From a virus (lineage: Duplodnaviria > Caudoviricetes): 40,182 nt of DNA. The stretch is taken from positions 1-40,182 of the IMG/VR virus record IMGVR_UViG_3300037424_000543; one strand, written 5' to 3'. The translations under genes and the position numbers were made by a program. Position 1 is the stretch's first letter, and each line of letters begins with the position of its first letter. Under the pieces are notes generated by a model. It searched no databases. It was not told the DNA's origin and saw only the letters and a program-made list of their open reading frames with translations. Shown one piece after another: positions 1-7,488 of this stretch.

Positions 1-34
1 GTAGCAGGGCGACCACCCTGAAGGATTCGACCCC
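1..34. other. Probable left genome end, part of the cos region
   Basis: Short non-coding tail after the HNH stop; contains inverted repeat CAGGG-N6-CCCTG (5-20). Joined to the other end it gives HNH-(~83 bp)-terS, the HK97-type cos position. Confidence 0.6.
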
Positions 35-406
35 CTACCCCCACCGGCCGTCCGTCTGCGCAGTTTTCCGACTGTGGCAAGAATGACACAGAGCCTGGTG
101 GTTGGCAACATCCCAGAAGCGCGGGTCCCGCTGGCCCTTGGCCGGGCGGATGTGATCAACGTCTGTCGCGGCCGTGGCCCTGCCCTGCCGCTGACATGCC
201 ACACACAGGGGATGCTCTCTCAGATACGCGAGCGCGTACTGACGCCAGCGGTAATTGTAGCCACGCTGCGCTGGCGTGCCGCGATGGTGCTCCTGTTCGG
301 CCTCGGCCGTGGACTCATGGGTCGCACAGTAGCGTGCGGTTGGGCGGGCGCGGCGGTTGGGACAACCCTGAGGCCAGGAGCAGCGTGCGGGTGGGATAGT
401 GGGCAT
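35..406 (-). CDS. HNH endonuclease, HK97 gp74-like terminase accessory
   Basis: N-terminal CxxxxC..YCxxH, RGY..RW, PLCxxC, VDHI, NHQALCHSCHSRKT motifs; start placed at ATG 406 (MPTIPPARC). Confidence 0.93.
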   Translation of the reverse strand: MPTIPPARCSWPQGCPNRRARPTARYCATHESTAEAEQEHHRGTPAQRGYNYRWRQYALAYLREHPLCVACQRQGRATAATDVDHIRPAKGQRDPRFWDVANHQALCHSCHSRKTAQTDGRWG

Positions 407-732
407 GAGGTCCTGGCTACGGGGAACGGCATCTACCACTACATACCTACCACTAACATCAACCACAACAGCAATGCTGGTGGTGGCAGACAGTTCAGTG
501 TAAATGCTGGTGGTGGGGGAGGGAAGTGAATGGACACAGGAATCCCTAGAATTGGATTTTGTCCTGTGTCCTGGATCGCGGCGCATTGCTGTACGGAGCC
601 GGTCGGTCGTTTAGGACGCCGTTGGTTTTATCTACCAGCGGTTCGGGCGGTTTTCAGGTCGTTGGTTCTACGGCCTGCTTGGAGGAGTGCCGCCCCCTGG
701 GTGATCCGGCGCAGGTTTATTTGACTCCCGCG

Positions 733-1002
733 TCAAGGCATGGTCGGTTTTGAGGTCGGCCACAGGCTCATTGCCCAGAGAATTTCCATCCGCCTATCCA
801 AGCCCCGCTGTAGGCGGTTGTTCAAACGCCGGTCCAGCCGTGACCCCGCCAGGCGGGGAGACGTACAAACCGGCGCAGGGACATTGGCTGCTACGCTTTG
901 GCGGCGTGATTGGCGCCGCGTACCCGCGCACGGGTAATCATCCCGGCCATTGCACAGCCGCAGTCCCCAGGGCACGGTATCAGGATAGTCGGACGGATGC
1001 AA
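733..1002 (-). CDS. Hypothetical protein
   Basis: ORF co-oriented with and overlapping its neighbours; no motif recognised. Confidence 0.3.
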   Translation of the reverse strand: MHPSDYPDTVPWGLRLCNGRDDYPCAGTRRQSRRQSVAANVPAPVCTSPRLAGSRLDRRLNNRLQRGLDRRMEILWAMSLWPTSKPTMP

Positions 1003-1177
1003 TTATTTTGCGCCGCCGCGTGTACAGGGACGTGGCGAGGCATAGTGGGCAACAGGTGCGGCGGGTGCCGCTCGGGGCTGTATAGGGGAGCAGGCGGTGG
1101 ACTGGCCTATCGCAGAGCTGGCAGTGCAGGAGCGGGCGAGACCAGGCGGTAGACTGGCCACGGGTAGGGCTATCCAT
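980..1177 (-). CDS. Small hypothetical protein, possible Zn-binding
   Basis: CQLC...CPLC pairs; ATG overlaps the end of the XRE gene. Confidence 0.45.
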   Translation of the reverse strand: MDSPTRGQSTAWSRPLLHCQLCDRPVHRLLPYTAPSGTRRTCCPLCLATSLYTRRRKIIASVRLS

Positions 1178-1373
1178 CGGATTGCAGCGGGTCACAGCCC
1201 AGCGCGCGCAGGGCCAGGAGGGTATCGCAGGTGGGGGCATTGTCGCCGGCCTCGATGCGGTAGTATTGGGAGCGGGAGAGGGCGAGATAGACGCACATCT
1301 CCGGCACGCTCAGATCCTCTACGAGTCTGTAGGCGCGGATACGTTGGCCAATTGCGCGGTATGGTTTTTCCAT
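1170..1373 (-). CDS. XRE/Cro-CI family helix-turn-helix regulator
   Basis: IGQRIRAYR..LS..EM...LALSRSQYYRIEAG...PT..TL is a typical HTH_3 pattern; no peptidase domain. Confidence 0.88.
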   Translation of the reverse strand: MEKPYRAIGQRIRAYRLVEDLSVPEMCVYLALSRSQYYRIEAGDNAPTCDTLLALRALGCDPLQSDG

Positions 1374-1378
1374 GGGTC

Positions 1379-1408
1379 AGCATCGCACGGGCCGGGATGT
1401 GGTGTCAA
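1379..1408 (-). promoter_or_regulatory. Leftward sigma70-type promoter for the XRE gene (probably leaderless)
   Basis: TTGACA-18 bp-GATGCT with extended -10 TG; ATG begins 5 nt after the -10; no SD. Confidence 0.55.
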
Positions 1409-1597
1409 GTGCGGCGCCTCGCGGCCGACTGGCGGCCCCATATCTTCAATTTTAGCACGGGGCGCGGCGGGGCGCGTGCTCAATAAATGCCGATTTTTCG
1501 AGAACGCCTAGGGCCTAAGGCGCATAGCCTAGGTGCTAGCGGCTTTGCGGGCTTATATAAATCTTAAAACATTGTGTGTGGTGTGAGCATATTGTGC

Positions 1598-1626
1598 TTG
1601 ACACCTGTCCCGCCCCATGCGACATT
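1598..1626 (+). promoter_or_regulatory. Rightward early promoter
   Basis: TTGACA-17 bp-GACATT with TG extension, AT-rich upstream, just before the minigene array. Confidence 0.6.
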
Positions 1627-1668
1627 AGATACAGACAGAGAGACACCACACAATGAGCGGAGATGGAC

Positions 1669-1974
1669 ATGAGCACGAACTTTAGGACGCTGATTTGGAC
1701 GTGCGGACACACGACGCGGGAGGACGCCGGTAGTTTCCCGGCCGAGACCCGCAACCGTGACGCAGATTGCCTGGATTGTCGCAACGCGGAAATGATTCGT
1801 TTGAACCCCCCGGCGGAACCGGCCATGTCCCGCCAGGCGTTTGCCCAGGACGGAGATCAATCCGGCCTGTTTCGCACCCCCGTTTACCCCCCTCGCGTGG
1901 GCGTGTGTGGAATGTGCCGTCGCCCGTTGTCCAGCGCGGGGCATCCGTCGGACGGTGTGTGCGACAACGTGTAG
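1669..1974 (+). CDS. Early minigene 1, Cys-rich hypothetical
   Basis: GGAG SD inside the repeat tail; CGH, CLDC and CGMC..C motifs. Confidence 0.75.
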   Translation: MSTNFRTLIWTCGHTTREDAGSFPAETRNRDADCLDCRNAEMIRLNPPAEPAMSRQAFAQDGDQSGLFRTPVYPPRVGVCGMCRRPLSSAGHPSDGVCDNV

Positions 1975-1989
1975 TAGATAATTCTGGCA

Positions 1990-2036
1990 ACCGAGCCCGG
2001 CGGCCCCGGGCAACATGAGCGGAGATGGACACCATG
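1990..2036 (+). repeat. Intergenic repeat copy B (partial: hairpin 2 + RBS tail)
   Basis: GCCCGG-CGGCC-CCGGGC-AACATGAGCGGAGATGGAC. Confidence 0.9.
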
Positions 2037-2219
2037 AGCTACCGTGCGACGTTGGACAACACCACGGGCTACACGCAGGCGGACCTGAACAGGTACAATG
2101 CGGCCCTGGAGCGGCACCTGGAAACGCTGGACACGGACGATGCCGACGCCGTGGGGGAGGCGGCGAAGCGGTTTGCAGATCGGCACCTGACGGATGCGCC
2201 GTCGGAATGGTTGTTCTGA
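2034..2219 (+). CDS. Early minigene 2, small acidic protein
   Basis: 61 aa, repeat-supplied RBS, ends just before the next repeat. Confidence 0.8.
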   Translation: MSYRATLDNTTGYTQADLNRYNAALERHLETLDTDDADAVGEAAKRFADRHLTDAPSEWLF

Positions 2220-2222
2220 CGG

Positions 2223-2321
2223 GCCTGATCCCCTGACCCTGCCCAGGTGGAGGACCTGGGCGGACGTGAGGGAGTGAGCCGGGCCCGGCGGAACCGGGCA
2301 ACATGAGCGGAGATGGACATG
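2223..2321 (+). repeat. Intergenic repeat copy C (full)
   Basis: GCCTGA..GACCCT-GCCCAGGT/ACCTGGGC-GGACGTGAGGGAGTGAGCCG-GCCCGG CGGAA CCGGGC-AACATGAGCGGAGATGGACATG. Confidence 0.95.
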
Positions 2322-2810
2322 CAAGCAATAATATACCCCGACACGGCCGTTGGGGGGACAGGACGCTGCCGAGAAGTCGCGGCAGCGTGGCTTGAGAGGC
2401 TGAAAGAAGAGGCCGCGGGGTATTACTCAGCCCCGCATGGCGCGGGGGCTGCGACAGCCGCAACCACAATCCACCACGGGGTAGCTATCCCCGCGGGCTT
2501 TGTGCCGCCAGAACTGGCGTTTCGGGTCCTTGTGGCCGTACTACCGGCCCTCGAAACAGACAGATTGGTTTCCGTACTTTTCGAGGCGCCGGGCTACGCC
2601 TCCAACATCATAATCGGCGGATGGATGACATCCGCCGGCAATCTTACCCTAGTCGCTGCCTGCAAGTGGACAGCGCTAGAGTATCGGAGTGGACGCCGGC
2701 ATGGGTTGCGCCGCTGCTATGCGGCGCACCGCTGGGATTACCTGGAAACTCAGGCCCCGGAGTCTAACCCCGACTATCCCGCCGGGCACCATGCTGCGGA
2801 CGCTGTTTGA
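2319..2810 (+). CDS. Early minigene 3, hypothetical
   Basis: ORF fills the space between repeats C and D. Confidence 0.75.
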   Translation: MQAIIYPDTAVGGTGRCREVAAAWLERLKEEAAGYYSAPHGAGAATAATTIHHGVAIPAGFVPPELAFRVLVAVLPALETDRLVSVLFEAPGYASNIIIGGWMTSAGNLTLVAACKWTALEYRSGRRHGLRRCYAAHRWDYLETQAPESNPDYPAGHHAADAV

Positions 2811-2823
2811 CTTGGCGCCAATC

Positions 2824-2926
2824 GCCTGACGCCCCGACCCTGCCCAGGTGCTGCGGTACCTGGGCGGACGTGAGGGAGTGAGCCGCGGCCCGGCGGAACC
2901 GGGCACATGAGCAGGGGGATAGCATG
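2824..2926 (+). repeat. Intergenic repeat copy D (full)
   Basis: Same two-hairpin core as C with a different hairpin-1 loop. Confidence 0.95.
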
Positions 2927-3178
2927 AGCGACAACCAAAAAATCATCACGATCCAAGGCAACACCTTCCCGCACGCCTCCGAGCTCACCGGGGGCCACGG
3001 CTCCCAACTCACCGGGGGCCACGGCTCCCAACTCACCGGGGGCTACGGCTCCACGCTATGCCTCTGGTGGTGGGATGGTCGGCGCGGGCGGCTGATGGTG
3101 GGTTATGTGGGGGAAGGCGGCATCGAGCCTGATGTGGCGTATCGGCTCGATGAGCGCGGGAAATTCATCCGCGCCTGA
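2924..3178 (+). CDS. Early minigene 4 with GGxGSxLT octapeptide repeats
   Basis: LTGGHGSQ x2 plus LTGGYGST, then YVGEGGIEPDVAYRLD. Confidence 0.8.
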   Translation: MSDNQKIITIQGNTFPHASELTGGHGSQLTGGHGSQLTGGYGSTLCLWWWDGRRGRLMVGYVGEGGIEPDVAYRLDERGKFIRA

Positions 3179-3259
3179 CGCCCCGACCCTGCCCAGGCTG
3201 GTGAGTGCCTGGGCGGACGTGAGGGAGTAAGCCGAGCCCGGCGGCACCGGGCAATTTTT
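3173..3259 (+). repeat. Intergenic repeat copy E, ending in a terminator-like T run
   Basis: Same core; hairpin 2 (GCCCGG CGGCA CCGGGC) is followed by AATTTTT instead of the RBS tail. Confidence 0.93.
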
Positions 3260-3263
3260 CCGC

Positions 3264-3292
3264 TTGACAGCGCCGGGAGGTTGTGTGATGGT
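3264..3292 (+). promoter_or_regulatory. Putative promoter for the replication genes
   Basis: TTGACA-17 bp-GATGGT with TG extension. Confidence 0.45.
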
Positions 3293-3410
3293 GGGGCATG
3301 GACACTCGCCTCACCTTCAAAGATTAGGCTCCCCCCGGCGACTTCCTCGCGCCCCAGCGGCGCTGGCGAGTGTCCAACGTCGGGGGGCAGCCCCTTTCCC
3401 GCTCGGCAAC

Positions 3411-4148
3411 ATGGCCCAGGGTGAAGTGCGCATACCCAACGATGTTGTCGATGCGTTGAAACGCGAGCCGTTGAGGCTGGCTGCGTTCTGCTGGTTGGAG
3501 CGCACGAGGGATTACATGGATAATTCTTCAACGATTACAGAGCGGCAGCTTGCAGGGCGCTTCAAAAAGTCGAAGCATTGGGCGCGTTCAACGATCAGTT
3601 TTTGGGTCAACCAGCGCGGGACCAGGATTCAACCAGCGCGGGACCAGGATTCAACCAGCGCGGGACCACCTACTGAATTGATTACAAACAACAATCTTGA
3701 GTCCGTCAACCAGCGCGGGACCAGGATTCAACCAGCGCGGGACCAGGATTCAACCAGCGCGGGACCACATTACAAGAAGCAAGAAGCAATGAATCAAGAA
3801 TCAAGAACTACCACCACCTACGAGGCGCTTTTTGAAATACTACTCAACGACGGGAGCAAGCACCCGATTGCCGCACCGGACATCGCCTCCTACACGGCGC
3901 TCTACCCGGCGGTGAACATTGAACAAGAAATCCGCAAGATGATCGGCTGGTGTGACGCCTCACCGAAACAGCGAAAAACATCTCGCGGGGTACGAAAATT
4001 CATCAACGGCTGGCTGGCCCGTGCGCAGGATCAAGGGCCGAAGGAGAACCAGACAACCGGCAAACCAGCCCATCGCTACCAGGAACGAGGCTCCGAAAAA
4101 CTGCCGTACCTGTCGCCACCGCCAAAGGAGGAAGATGTCCCGTTCTGA
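3411..4148 (+). CDS. Phage replication initiator (lambda O-like architecture)
   Basis: N-terminal wHTH-like segment, central iterons, C-terminal YPAVNIEQE...KFINGWL domain; directly upstream of DnaB. Start uncertain. Confidence 0.82.
   Translation: MAQGEVRIPNDVVDALKREPLRLAAFCWLERTRDYMDNSSTITERQLAGRFKKSKHWARSTISFWVNQRGTRIQPARDQDSTSAGPPTELITNNNLESVNQRGTRIQPARDQDSTSAGPHYKKQEAMNQESRTTTTYEALFEILLNDGSKHPIAAPDIASYTALYPAVNIEQEIRKMIGWCDASPKQRKTSRGVRKFINGWLARAQDQGPKENQTTGKPAHRYQERGSEKLPYLSPPPKEEDVPF
3607..3767 (+). repeat. Replication origin iterons
   Basis: 22-bp unit TCAACCAGCGCGGGACCAGGAT at 3607, 3629, 3651 (partial) and 3706, 3728, 3750 (partial); AT-rich spacer between blocks and A-rich tract after. 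Confidence 0.85.
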
Positions 4149-5493
4149 AGTGCTCCCGTACGACCGCGAAGCCGAGCAGGGCGTGCTGGGCGCAGTCATC
4201 CACCGCAACGCTTGGCTGACGAAGATTGCCGGATTGTTGCTTCCGGCGCATTTTTTCCTGCCGGCGCATCGGGACATCTACACCGCGATGCTTGAGCTGC
4301 AGGCGCGGATCGTGGCCATCGACGAGATTACGCTGGTGGATGTGTTGCGCGGAAGCGGGCGCCTGTCCGCGGTAGGCGGACCGGCCTATGTCGCCGAGTT
4401 GCGCGACTTGACGCCGGCCGCATCGAATGCCACGGCCTACGCCAAGCTGGTATACAACGCGGCCCTGCGTCGGGATCTGATCGGGACGGCAATGGGCATC
4501 GAAGGGGCTGCGCGGGCTGGCATGCAGGACGCCTTTGAGCTGGTGACATCCGCGCGGGCGGCATTGGAGGGATTGTCACAGAGCGCGAGCGCCGGAACAG
4601 CCCAGACCGACGACACAACGGGCGATATTTGGCGTGCGCTTGAGGCCCGGCTTGAGCCGGAGGCGGAACCAGATGGCCCACCGGTCTATACCTACACGTC
4701 CCTGGATGCGTACCTGGGGCGGCTGGCGCCCGGCTACGGGACGGTGATCGCAGCGCGCACCAGCATGGGCAAGTCAGCATTTGCGTGTCAGGTGGCGATG
4801 CGCAACGCGGCATTCGGCGTGCCGGTTGCCGTATTCAGCCTGGAAATGAAGCCCGTCGATCTGGTGGCGCGGCTGGCGTGCGGGGTCGCCAGCATCGACA
4901 GTTTCCTGCTGCTCAAGGGCCGGGCTCAAGCATTCAAGGACGCGGAATGGGAAAGGCTCATGTCAGCACGCGGCCAACTCATTGACCTGCCGCTCTACTG
5001 GCCTCGCGTTCGGCGTGACGCGACAATGGCGCAAATCATGGCGCTTGGCGAATATTACGTGCGGGAGCGCGGTGTGCGCCTGCTGGTGCTCGATCATTTG
5101 GGACTGGTGCGGGTTGACGGGAGCAACATCTACGAGCGCATGACCGCAGCCAGTCATCAGGTTGCCAACCTGGCCGCGCGGCTGGATGTGCCAGTGCTGG
5201 TGGTCGTGCAAATCAACCGCGAGGGCGGAAAAGCGGAAGCCCCGGCAATCCATCACATGGAGGGTTCCGGGGCAATCGAGCAGGACGCAGAAACAATCGT
5301 AATCCTGCACGGGGCTTCTCCCGACAGCGGGGAGGACCGCTCCGAAATGACGGCGATCATCGGCAAAGCTCGCGACGGGCGCACCGGCAAAGTGCGTCTT
5401 CACTTCGAACCGGAGTACCTGCGCTTCGATCATGGATATTGGATGGAGCGGTTGCGGGAGCGCCAGCAAGGGGCATTCGGAGTCCAGGATTGA
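4135..5493 (+). CDS. dnaB: Replicative DNA helicase, DnaB-like
   Basis: P...EAEQGVLGA N-domain, Walker A ARTSMGKS, FSLEM, LDHL, QINR, SGAIEQDA, K.RDG.TG; SD AAGGAGG. Confidence 0.95.
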   Translation: MSRSEVLPYDREAEQGVLGAVIHRNAWLTKIAGLLLPAHFFLPAHRDIYTAMLELQARIVAIDEITLVDVLRGSGRLSAVGGPAYVAELRDLTPAASNATAYAKLVYNAALRRDLIGTAMGIEGAARAGMQDAFELVTSARAALEGLSQSASAGTAQTDDTTGDIWRALEARLEPEAEPDGPPVYTYTSLDAYLGRLAPGYGTVIAARTSMGKSAFACQVAMRNAAFGVPVAVFSLEMKPVDLVARLACGVASIDSFLLLKGRAQAFKDAEWERLMSARGQLIDLPLYWPRVRRDATMAQIMALGEYYVRERGVRLLVLDHLGLVRVDGSNIYERMTAASHQVANLAARLDVPVLVVVQINREGGKAEAPAIHHMEGSGAIEQDAETIVILHGASPDSGEDRSEMTAIIGKARDGRTGKVRLHFEPEYLRFDHGYWMERLRERQQGAFGVQD

Positions 5494-5537
5494 ACGCGCG
5501 GCTGGGGCACTGGCCGCGATCACTGTAGGAGGAAGCC

Positions 5538-5852
5538 ATGAGCGAAAAAAAACGGTGCTGTGCAACTGTACACGGAAGCAGCTATCGTCCAAGCCGCTGC
5601 TCCAAAAACGCGACAGTGGAACGCGACGGCAAGTGGTACTGCGGCACGCACGATCCGGTGATGGTCAAGGCTCGGCGAGATGCCCAGGACGCCAAGTGGC
5701 GCGCCGGTATGTTTGATGAGCTGGTGGCGGCGCTGCACCAGATCGCACGGAAAATGTCGGCGTTCAGTTCCGAAAGTCGTGCCGCGCAGATCAAGGGTGC
5801 TGTTGCCATAGCGGAACAGTTGTTGGCCAAGATCGACGAGAGGAAGCCATGA
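5538..5852 (+). CDS. Hypothetical protein, Cys/His motif
   Basis: Strong SD; C..RCSK..WYCGTHDP. Confidence 0.8.
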   Translation: MSEKKRCCATVHGSSYRPSRCSKNATVERDGKWYCGTHDPVMVKARRDAQDAKWRAGMFDELVAALHQIARKMSAFSSESRAAQIKGAVAIAEQLLAKIDERKP

Positions 5853-6436
5853 GCGAGCAAATAACAGAGCGGGACCTGGAACAGCATCGGATTTGGAATA
5901 TTTCTAACGGCAAACAAGGCGCACGATTGGAACGAAGTGGTGCCAACCTGTACGGCTCCAACCTGGAAGGGGCCAACCTGTACGGGGCCAGTCTGAGCAG
6001 GGCCAATCTGTCCAAGGCCAGCCTGATCGGGGCCACCCTGAACGGCGCCAGTCTGATCGGCGCCATCCTGAACAGGGCCAACCTGTACGGGGCCAGTCTG
6101 ATCGGCGCCAACCTGTACGGGGCCAGTCTGATCGGCGCCAACCTGTACGGGGCCAACCTGTACGGGGCCAGTCTGATCGGCGCCAACCTGTACGGGGCCA
6201 GTCTGAAAGGGGCCAGTCTGATCGGGGCCAACCTGGACAGGGCCGACCTGACGGGCGCCAACCTGACGGGCGCCAACCTGGCGGGCGCCAACCTGACGGG
6301 CGCCAACCTGACGGGCGCCAACCTGACGGGCGCCAACCTGGCGGGCACCGACCTGACGGGCGCCAATCTTGACGCCGCGTTAGCTGTCGCAGCGGCTCCG
6401 GCGTGGGAAGCCATCGCCGAAGCCAAAGGGGAATAG
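5849..6436 (+). CDS. Pentapeptide repeat protein
   Basis: About 27 A(N/S/D)LxG repeats encoded by 15-bp tandem repeats. Confidence 0.95.
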   Translation: MSEQITERDLEQHRIWNISNGKQGARLERSGANLYGSNLEGANLYGASLSRANLSKASLIGATLNGASLIGAILNRANLYGASLIGANLYGASLIGANLYGANLYGASLIGANLYGASLKGASLIGANLDRADLTGANLTGANLAGANLTGANLTGANLTGANLAGTDLTGANLDAALAVAAAPAWEAIAEAKGE

Positions 6437-6438
6437 CC

Positions 6439-6630
6439 GTGGCCGCATACGGACTCACCGCGCTATCCGCGCAGGCCGATGCGCTGCACGATCTGGCCTG
6501 GGAAGCGCCGGGCTGGTTATCGTGTAAGATCACGGCGATTGCCGAGTGCCTTGACGCCATGGTGTACGCGGATGCCCAGCACCCGGACGTGGAGCATTCG
6601 ACGGTCGAACAACTAATGAGGGGAACGTAA
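6439..6630 (+). CDS. Hypothetical protein
   Basis: GTG start after a GGGG SD; stop overlaps the next ATG. Confidence 0.55.
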   Translation: MAAYGLTALSAQADALHDLAWEAPGWLSCKITAIAECLDAMVYADAQHPDVEHSTVEQLMRGT

Positions 6631-7385
6631 TGGCAAGGCCAAGTGGAGGATACCGCAACAAAGCGGGCGTCAAAGTTCCAGGTGTTACGACAGTGATCGG
6701 GAACAGGGTGAACTCAGGGGGCCTCATGTACTGGGCAAACCGACTCGCTTACGAGCCGCTGATGGAGGCCAGGGCGCTGCTGCAAGGCGCGGCCAGCGGA
6801 GCGCCAGCCACGGACGTCATAGCGGCCTTCCTAGGGCGTGACCCTGACGAATTCGACCACAACAAGGCCGTCGGCAAAGCCGCCGATGCGGGCACGCTGG
6901 CGCACGCCATGATCGAGGCACACCTGCTGGACAAGGACCCTGCCGCGTGCATCACGCCGGCCTACACGCCGGACATGGTGAGCAAGGCGGAATCGTCCTT
7001 CCTGGCATTCCTGGAATGGGCCGGGCAGACCAATCTCAAAGTAGTAGAAACAGAAACATCGCTGGTATCGGAGACGTACCAATTCGGGGGAACACTGGAC
7101 GCCGGGGTGCTGACCATCAACGACAAGCTGGCAATCGGAGACTGGAAAACTTCGTCCGGGGTTTACCCTGACCACCTGATTCAACTCGCGGCCTATCAGA
7201 TGCTGTGGGACGAATGCAGGCCGGACAGGCCGATCACCGGGGGCCTGCACCTGTTCAGGTTTTCCAAGGACACGGGAGATTTTCATCACCATTTTTTCCA
7301 GGACCTGAACAAAGGCGCTGATGCTTTCCTGCACTGCCTCGCGCTCTACAACCTGGACAAGGATTTGAAGAAACGGGCCAAGTAA
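6630..7385 (+). CDS. PD-(D/E)XK nuclease (phage exonuclease-like)
   Basis: PGVTTVI, GT..H..IE, GGTLD, IGDWKTS, QLAAY motifs. Confidence 0.88.
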   Translation: MARPSGGYRNKAGVKVPGVTTVIGNRVNSGGLMYWANRLAYEPLMEARALLQGAASGAPATDVIAAFLGRDPDEFDHNKAVGKAADAGTLAHAMIEAHLLDKDPAACITPAYTPDMVSKAESSFLAFLEWAGQTNLKVVETETSLVSETYQFGGTLDAGVLTINDKLAIGDWKTSSGVYPDHLIQLAAYQMLWDECRPDRPITGGLHLFRFSKDTGDFHHHFFQDLNKGADAFLHCLALYNLDKDLKKRAK

Positions 7386-7488
7386 CCGAACGTGCGGCGG
7401 TGAGCGCACAGGTACGGCTGGCGTTGTCAACAGGCCCCAGCGAAGGCCGACAGCGCAGCCGCCGCACCCCACACATTAGGAGGAATAA

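Noticed and set aside
407-586. N-terminal extension of the HNH ORF
   Set aside because: The family-like sequence starts at MPTIPP; similar over-extended starts in the ORF track were trimmed for DnaB, capsid, protease and connector.
2924-3178. True ice nucleation protein
   Set aside because: Only three octapeptides; real INPs have many dozens plus anchoring domains.
1990-3259. CRISPR array
   Set aside because: Repeats are ~100 bp, intervals are 288-605 bp and contain ORFs; no cas genes.
2223-3259. Canonical integron attC sites or a known self-cleaving ribozyme
   Set aside because: GCCTGAC only resembles RYYYAAC, there is no matching GTTRRRY end or integron integrase, and no hammerhead core (CUGAnGA/GAAA) is present.
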